From positions 160,001 through 224,000 of IMG/VR virus record IMGVR_UViG_3300037067_018912: a stretch of DNA of 64,000 bases. One strand, given 5' to 3'. Positions 58,530 to 64,000 of this stretch are shown here, piece by piece (the stretch's first letter is position 1; every line of letters begins with the position of its first letter). A program made the position numbers and the translations under genes. Source of the stretch: a virus. Taxonomy: Duplodnaviria > Caudoviricetes. The notes under the pieces are model-generated. The model did not search any database. It had not been told where the DNA came from and saw only the letters and a list, made by a program, of their open reading frames with translations.

Positions 58530-58844
58530 TTATCTTTTTAAAATCACATCTTTGGAATCATATGCCATAGAATCCAATCCTTCTTCCGCTTTTGGTGTTG
58601 CACCGTCTTTTAAATAAACTTCCATAATTTCAGGTGTATCATTTTCGTCTTCCGCAATCATTTCAGCATATTCCAACGCTTCTGAATAATCATCTGTGAT
58701 GTTTACATTATGTTGTGGATAAAAACCAACCTTTCTTATATTATCTGCTCTACTTTTCGTAGTTCCATGAAAATACGTCTTATTAAAATTTGGATTAACT
58801 TTCTCCATCATTTCAAAAAGCCGTTGTCTATTACTTTTCTTCAT
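58530..58844 (-). CDS. Putative ADP-ribosyltransferase-fold protein with shared leader
   Basis: YFHGTT...IRKVGF...VNITDDYSEALEYA...IMEV; leader RQRLFEMMEKVN. Confidence 0.55.
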   Translation of the reverse strand: MKKSNRQRLFEMMEKVNPNFNKTYFHGTTKSRADNIRKVGFYPQHNVNITDDYSEALEYAEMIAEDENDTPEIMEVYLKDGATPKAEEGLDSMAYDSKDVILKR

Positions 58845-59152
58845 TAATAACTCGAATTTTTTGCTCGATTATATACATCAAGCATTTCCATATACGATAA
58901 ATCCATTAATTCATCATGAAATTCTTCAAAAAATTCTTTTTGCTGTTTCGATGAAAATTCATCTTGTTCAAGCGAATCCATCGTATCATCTGATTGATTA
59001 AATTCATAACTAAACCAATCAATCATTTCCTTTGTCGGTAATTCAGTACCTTTGTAACTAAACGACAGATTTGATTCGTTCAATTTTGGTGTAAACGAAT
59101 TATCAATTTTTTGCATGACTTCGAAAAGCCGTTGTCTATTATCTTTTTTCAT
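58844..59152 (-). CDS. Small acidic protein with shared leader
   Basis: Leader RQRLFEVMQKID followed by LNE|S site. Confidence 0.6.
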   Translation of the reverse strand: MKKDNRQRLFEVMQKIDNSFTPKLNESNLSFSYKGTELPTKEMIDWFSYEFNQSDDTMDSLEQDEFSSKQQKEFFEEFHDELMDLSYMEMLDVYNRAKNSSY

Positions 59153-59153
59153 C

Positions 59154-60278
59154 TTAAATCGCTATTATTGGGAACATTGGGGGTTGATATCCACGTTCTC
59201 TATTGACGTTCTCTGCAATATCTGCACGTATTTTCGTCATGTTCTCTTGACTCAAATACATTAATTGATCGAGAATGATCTTCTCGGTGTCTTCCTTTAA
59301 TTTTGTCCCTTCATCGAGCAGGTGACGATAGTCCATTGTCAACTGTTTCTCAGTGACACCCAATTCCCCGGTGTAGAAGCCACGGATTCCACCGATGACC
59401 ATCTTCACCTTTGCAATAAGTAAGTTACGGATTTGTTGATGTGAGGAATCATTCATATTGTCCCATTTGAGGACTTTCAACGGGGCATCCGATGGTAATC
59501 TTACCACATCGTCATTTTCTTCAAGGCATTTATCTCTGTCTTTATTCGTGTTCATGGTGTCATAATACCAATACCACACTTTTCTGCCCGCATAATGTTT
59601 ACCCCAAACACCTTGTATCTCATCCCGGCTTCCAGGAACGGGGTATAAATGTAATATTTTTTCACCACTTGCCAACCCGGTGATGCGATATGTGAGTATA
59701 GACTGTAAAACTCTCTGTTTCATCCTTCTATCCTGTGCCGTCAAAAGGGTTGAATATGTCGGTTGCACATACATGGCGGGACGACCAAGATATGACCATC
59801 CGACCATACCGGGCGACCATGCATTCAATGCGAATGGGTCAACCAAACCACCGTCGATTTCAGGTGGGGTCTCCCACAAAACCTCATTAACTTCCCTGCC
59901 TGCAGGAATGATGTAATGCTGCGTATTGGCGGAAGTGACTATAAAATCACGTTTAAGTTCCCATCCGGGTGCAGCAGGAGCGTTCGTGCCCAAACCGACT
60001 TGTCGGGAATATGCGTATGTAAAAGCCTCCATATAATGGTTCGATTTGACAGTGAAAGCGGATAGAAAGTCGCTGTTTTCCTTGCTCAATCCCTCTATAC
60101 TGATCCACTGTTGTTGAATCAGCCAATTGTTGACAATCGAGGAATAATCCTCAATAACCATTTCAAAATAGGAATCCAACATCTCGTCCTTCAATTCGAA
60201 TGGTCTCAATGGAAACCCCAATTCATGTTTGACATGAAGGTACAGTTTATTTTTGTCAACTGTTGATATTAAGGCCAT
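59154..60278 (-). CDS. Neck protein (T4 gp13-like head-tail adaptor)
   Basis: ELGFPLRPFEL, LHLYPVP, IGGIRG, LTMDYRHLLDEG, C-terminal PPM; late motif upstream. Confidence 0.75.
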   Translation of the reverse strand: MALISTVDKNKLYLHVKHELGFPLRPFELKDEMLDSYFEMVIEDYSSIVNNWLIQQQWISIEGLSKENSDFLSAFTVKSNHYMEAFTYAYSRQVGLGTNAPAAPGWELKRDFIVTSANTQHYIIPAGREVNEVLWETPPEIDGGLVDPFALNAWSPGMVGWSYLGRPAMYVQPTYSTLLTAQDRRMKQRVLQSILTYRITGLASGEKILHLYPVPGSRDEIQGVWGKHYAGRKVWYWYYDTMNTNKDRDKCLEENDDVVRLPSDAPLKVLKWDNMNDSSHQQIRNLLIAKVKMVIGGIRGFYTGELGVTEKQLTMDYRHLLDEGTKLKEDTEKIILDQLMYLSQENMTKIRADIAENVNRERGYQPPMFPIIAI

Positions 60279-60293
60279 AATTACGTATATTTG
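60263..60293 (+). promoter_or_regulatory. Bacteroidota sigma70-type promoter
   Basis: TTG-N20-TATATTTG; overlaps the start of the opposite-strand neck gene. Confidence 0.55.
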
Positions 60294-60328
60294 TTTACAA
60301 TAAATACTTTGAATAAAGTAAAATAACT

Positions 60329-60475
60329 ATGGGATTAGATGTGGATTATGTTGCTGCATGCCAAGCAATCGAAAAATTGGAAAGGTTACTTTCCAATCAA
60401 CCGCATGGCAAGAGAGAAAAAATAGCGGACGATATTATAGATTTTGTGAAAAAAATGAAACAAAAATATGCATAA
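60329..60475 (+). CDS. Unannotated 48 aa protein
   Basis: MGLDVDYVAACQAIEKLERLLSNQPHGKREKIADDIIDFVKKMKQKYA; follows a promoter and overlaps the next start. Confidence 0.55.
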   Translation: MGLDVDYVAACQAIEKLERLLSNQPHGKREKIADDIIDFVKKMKQKYA

Positions 60476-60935
60476 GATTGAATACGACATCAAATTGAAT
60501 GAATCGGGGCGACCTTGCATCGAACTGCCTGTCGATTACGAAAACAATGCCGAAGACAGATTCTTTGCAATTGAAATTGCAAGATATATTTTGCAAGACG
60601 TGTTCGCCCGCAGAAAAAGCGAAATTAGCGAATCAACGTGGGTGAAAATAGAAGAGAGCATTGCCGTGCTCGGCCAAATTGGTGATGAAATTGCTGGAAT
60701 TCTTTGGAACAACATGATGCATATGGGTGAAACGATGTTCCTTTTCGACAAAAGGTATCATATTATGGTAAAAACTGTTGAAGAAAGGGACAAACTACCC
60801 GCATTCATTATATATGATGACAAAATCTACACGAAAAAAAAGGATTTGAAAGTCCTTGTCGCCGACGAAGAGAAGGTTTATAAAATAATTGATGCCTCAG
60901 ATGAGGAAGCAATCATTTGGGAGGAAGTGAAATGA
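60468..60935 (+). CDS. Hypothetical protein
   Basis: 155 aa. Confidence 0.65.
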   Translation: MHKIEYDIKLNESGRPCIELPVDYENNAEDRFFAIEIARYILQDVFARRKSEISESTWVKIEESIAVLGQIGDEIAGILWNNMMHMGETMFLFDKRYHIMVKTVEERDKLPAFIIYDDKIYTKKKDLKVLVADEEKVYKIIDASDEEAIIWEEVK

Positions 60936-61177
60936 TAAACAACGTTGAACTCTCAATAAATCTCCAAATGAGAGGATTATCAGATCAAGATTATTCCAAA
61001 ATAACCAACATTTTTTATAAAAAAATGCTGTCTAAAAATGGAAGTATCGATTTTAAAGATATTGAGGAATTGTTTTCAATCTCCAAGAGAAGATATGTTG
61101 TTATGACAATTGAACAGCCTGAAATGAATCATGTTGAACCAATTTTCAGAGAAATAAAAATTAGTGTCAACGGTTGA
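60932..61177 (+). CDS. Hypothetical protein
   Basis: ATGA overlap with upstream gene. Confidence 0.5.
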   Translation: MINNVELSINLQMRGLSDQDYSKITNIFYKKMLSKNGSIDFKDIEELFSISKRRYVVMTIEQPEMNHVEPIFREIKISVNG

Positions 61178-61179
61178 AT

Positions 61180-62664
61180 ATGATTCACAAACCTACACCT
61201 GAACAAGAAAGAGTCTTTCTTTTTACGGTAAAAAGACCGGAGAACATTTTAATTAAAGCCTATGCGGGTTGTGGGAAGACTACGACCATTGTAGAAGCAG
61301 TGAAACTGCTCCCCAAGGACAAATCAATCATGTACTTGGCATTCAACAAGCATATCCAAGAAGAGTCAAAGGCTAAACTTCCAGAATACGTTCGATGTTA
61401 TACAACATATGGTCTTGGAAATGCTGCAATCAAAAGGAAATATGGAGAGAAAATTCAATTCGACGAATTCAAGGTCGACAAGATCATACAAACCAAGGCA
61501 AAAACATGGGATTTGGAATCTGAATTCGATGGTGACGAGGAAATATCGTTTTACTTGACCCAAATCAAGAAACTTGTCAACATGTGCAGGCTTACCTTGA
61601 CTGTGAAACCCGAATTTATTCCATACATTGCCGACAAATATGATATAAACTGCAAGAAACCATTAGATATCAAGCGTGTCCTCAAGGTTTTGGACACAGC
61701 AACCAATGATAGGAAGTCCTACGATTACACCGATATGATTTACTTGCCAGCAATCGACAACAGCATTTGGATGTTCCCGCAAGACTACGTTTTCATCGAT
61801 GAAATACAGGATTTGAATCGCTGTCAAATCAGAATCGTTGAAAAAATCCTAAAAAAAGACAAATCGAGTGGAAAATATACCGGGAGGCTTATTTCGGTGG
61901 GCGATTTCTTCCAAGGAGTGTACGGCTTCAATGCTGCGGATGAGAAGTCCTTCGAATGGTTCGAAAAATTTCCCAAAACAAAGGTTCTTCCTTTATCAGT
62001 TTCATTCCGGTGCTCAAAAAATGTAATAAAAAAAGCACAAGAGATCGTTCCCGATATCCAAGCACTTGAAAATGCTCCTGATGGTGTTGTTCGAGATGGC
62101 GATGTGCTTACGGAAGCGCAAAGTGGAGATTTTGTGCTTTGCAGAACGACCATGCCGCTTGTGAAATTGTTTTTTGAATTCCTTGTACAAAACAAAAAGG
62201 CGATCATTAAAGGAAGTGACATCGGACTCCAACTCATCGACCTGATTGGTAAGATAATCACCCTCGACAAATTAAAAACATTCTGGAATGGTGAATTAAC
62301 GAAATTCAGAAAGGACTTGAAATCCGATGGGGTGCTCAATCCATATGAACATAGTGGATACACGGCACTTGCCGATAAAGTAAGTGCATTGTTGTTCCTT
62401 GCGAACCTCGCAGACGATATTCCGGGACTTAAAGCCTCAATAAAAACAATATTCACAGATGAAATCAAAGGTATTTGTTTGAGTACTGTTCATAAGATCA
62501 AGGGACTGGAGGCAGATAGGGTATTTATAATTCGTCCCGATCTATTGCCAATGCAGAATGTGAAACCGTGGCAATACGTGCAGGAAAAAAATCTTGAATA
62601 TGTCGCTATCACAAGAGCGAGACTTGAATTAATATACGACAGGGTTTGGAAAGACGAAGAATAA
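61180..62664 (+). CDS. UvrD/Rep-like SF1 helicase
   Basis: AYAGCGKTTT, LAFNK, IDEIQD, VGDFFQGVYGF, SFRC, STVHKIKGLE, YVAITRA. Confidence 0.92.
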   Translation: MIHKPTPEQERVFLFTVKRPENILIKAYAGCGKTTTIVEAVKLLPKDKSIMYLAFNKHIQEESKAKLPEYVRCYTTYGLGNAAIKRKYGEKIQFDEFKVDKIIQTKAKTWDLESEFDGDEEISFYLTQIKKLVNMCRLTLTVKPEFIPYIADKYDINCKKPLDIKRVLKVLDTATNDRKSYDYTDMIYLPAIDNSIWMFPQDYVFIDEIQDLNRCQIRIVEKILKKDKSSGKYTGRLISVGDFFQGVYGFNAADEKSFEWFEKFPKTKVLPLSVSFRCSKNVIKKAQEIVPDIQALENAPDGVVRDGDVLTEAQSGDFVLCRTTMPLVKLFFEFLVQNKKAIIKGSDIGLQLIDLIGKIITLDKLKTFWNGELTKFRKDLKSDGVLNPYEHSGYTALADKVSALLFLANLADDIPGLKASIKTIFTDEIKGICLSTVHKIKGLEADRVFIIRPDLLPMQNVKPWQYVQEKNLEYVAITRARLELIYDRVWKDEE

Positions 62665-62773
62665 ACAAGGATTTTGAACTAATGAACGTCGCCGAAAGGC
62701 AGTCATTGGGAATTCCCGTTGAAAGACCTGATTACCGTTCCAAAAAAGGAACACGTGTAAGGAGAATTTTAAA

Positions 62774-63082
62774 ATGGCGAAAAAAGTGGAAAAAAAGAAG
62801 GTTGTTCGAAAAACTGTTGAACAGTTAGAACAGGAGTTGAAAGAACTGAAGGAGTCCAACAAGAGGTCGTGGGACATGTATGGTAGCGAACTTTGTGTCG
62901 AGAGCCTGTTGGAAGGAGAAAGGAAACTTGAAAAAGAAATTGAGAAGGCGAAGACCATTAAGAAATGGAGTAAATTGGGATTGCTTGAGGGTCTTGATGG
63001 TAATATCGATCAAAAATTAGCCAAATTGTTTGAATCAGAATTAAAAACAATAATAAAACCCGAAGGAAATGAATGCACTTGA
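62774..63082 (+). CDS. Hypothetical protein with capsid N-terminus-like segment
   Basis: TIKKWSKLGLLEGLDGNIDQKLAKLFESE. Confidence 0.55.
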   Translation: MAKKVEKKKVVRKTVEQLEQELKELKESNKRSWDMYGSELCVESLLEGERKLEKEIEKAKTIKKWSKLGLLEGLDGNIDQKLAKLFESELKTIIKPEGNECT

Positions 63083-63311
63083 ACTCTTAAAGGAGATAAA
63101 AAGTAAAATCCCGGCTAAAACGACATCATGTGCGATGTACGATTTCGTCCTGATGGAGCGGAAAGTTGCCTTTGCTGTATTTCAGGAAGGTAAATCGGGA
63201 TATTACAAAAAATTCACCGTGACTGTTGAGGAATTTGACGAACCGGAAGAAGGTGAAATGATAACAAAAGGAATTATCGATTTGTATAACGAAATTTTCA
63301 CTGAAAACTAA
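63069..63311 (+). CDS. Hypothetical protein
   Basis: 80 aa. Confidence 0.55.
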   Translation: MNALELLKEIKSKIPAKTTSCAMYDFVLMERKVAFAVFQEGKSGYYKKFTVTVEEFDEPEEGEMITKGIIDLYNEIFTEN

Positions 63312-63322
63312 TATCTGACAAT

Positions 63323-63679
63323 ATGAATTGGAAACTTAAAATCGAAAAGAAACCAAACCAAAGGATCGTGGTTAAATTCGAACCACTGACCGAAGAATTG
63401 CTTTTCACCGGGGAGTACAAACCACACAATAGGGAATGGGTAATATTTTACCAAATTTGGAGAAGTTGTTGGAATACAATAAGTCCTCCAAATTTACCTG
63501 ATGCTACTATTATAAATGCTGACGGACAAGTTGAAAGAAAACTCATTACCGCCGAGGAAATTGGAGAAGAAATTCTTAAAACCTATAACGAATTACAAAA
63601 AAAAGTAGATTTGTATGAAAACCTTACAGAAGGGTTTTCGGCTATGAAGACAATCGACGAAGTCGAAATTACAGAATAA
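63323..63679 (+). CDS. Hypothetical protein
   Basis: 118 aa ending at a terminator. Confidence 0.6.
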   Translation: MNWKLKIEKKPNQRIVVKFEPLTEELLFTGEYKPHNREWVIFYQIWRSCWNTISPPNLPDATIINADGQVERKLITAEEIGEEILKTYNELQKKVDLYENLTEGFSAMKTIDEVEITE

Positions 63680-63709
63680 AAAAAGGGGGTTATAAAACCC
63701 CCTTTTTTT
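63678..63709. terminator. Bidirectional intrinsic terminator
   Basis: AAAAAAAGGGGG-ttataaaa-CCCCCTTTTTTT between convergent genes. Confidence 0.85.
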
Positions 63710-63731
63710 ATTACCTATTATTGGTTATCGC

Positions 63732-64000
63732 TTACTGCAGGTCACCAATTCCGAAGGTCTGCAGACCGTCGCAGAAGATTCTTCCGTAGTAACGGTTGAG
63801 AACCATCTTCTTTGCGTACCTGGTCATGATACCACGGATCGGCGTGAAGTCGAACGGGTTGTACATAACCGGGGTCAACTGCATCGGAACGTAAGGAGCG
63901 TAGATGTAACCTGTTTCCAGGATCGATGTTCCCTTGTGTCCAACGAGGACGGTGTTTGCGGGTGCATACGGGTCACGGTATACCATGTAACGGCCACTCA
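63732..64000 (-). CDS. Major capsid protein, 3' end (T4 gp23-like); truncated by window edge
   Basis: VYRDPY, VGHKG, GYIYAPYVP, FTPIRGIMTRYA. Confidence 0.93.
   Translation of the reverse strand, partial: SGRYMVYRDPYAPANTVLVGHKGTSILETGYIYAPYVPMQLTPVMYNPFDFTPIRGIMTRYAKKMVLNRYYGRIFCDGLQTFGIGDLQ

Noticed and set aside
61824-62468. 214 aa minus-strand ORF and similar antisense ORFs (for example 8953-9630 and 38508-39125)
   Set aside because: They lie opposite well-supported genes and are shadow ORFs
62646-62828. 60 aa basic ORF after UvrD
   Set aside because: Overlaps both neighbours and has no recognisable features; a shorter ATG-started version cannot be excluded
1-64000. Stop-codon reassignment as seen in some Bacteroidota phages
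   Set aside because: Core genes are full length in the standard code, and TAG and TGA both serve as real stops
1-64000. tRNA genes, inteins, integrase or transposase
   Set aside because: No cloverleaf, intein splice motifs or recombinase motifs recognised by eye; tRNAscan was not run

Overview
This 64 kb window comes from a large T4-like (contractile-tailed, probably jumbo) bacteriophage genome in the standard genetic code. The host is most likely Bacteroidota: there are TTG-N20-TAnnTTTG host-type promoters, A-rich starts with little Shine-Dalgarno signal, and a Bacteroidota-style lipoprotein. Left to right it holds: a replication/recombination block (DnaB, 5'-3' exonuclease, UvsX/RecA, gp32-like SSB); putative head/internal proteins; a ~13 kb glycan island (split HldE, FnlA/RmlD-like/2-epimerase trio, 8 glycosyltransferase genes, 2 methyltransferases); baseplate, tape measure and tail chaperone genes; a PhoH-HAD-GT-GT-sigma block; spike, tube and sheath genes; nucleotide metabolism (MazG, dUTPase, ThyA); neck proteins; UvrD; and the 3' end of the major capsid gene. 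Main observations: (1) four unrelated late proteins share an N-terminal 'RL(L/F)(E/D)xxxK(V/I)' leader fused to different cargo domains (ART-like, HExxH peptidase, acidic polyprotein), suggesting a modular capsid-targeting cargo system; (2) a ~310 nt highly structured non-coding element with its own promoters lies between the tape measure and baseplate genes; (3) a hidden -1 frameshift ORF sits upstream of the tape measure gene; (4) a 15-copy GTATTTAT putative late promoter accompanies a gp55-like sigma factor; (5) a small protein carries what looks like a copy of the capsid N-terminal segment. All assignments come from motif recognition by eye; no database searches were run.
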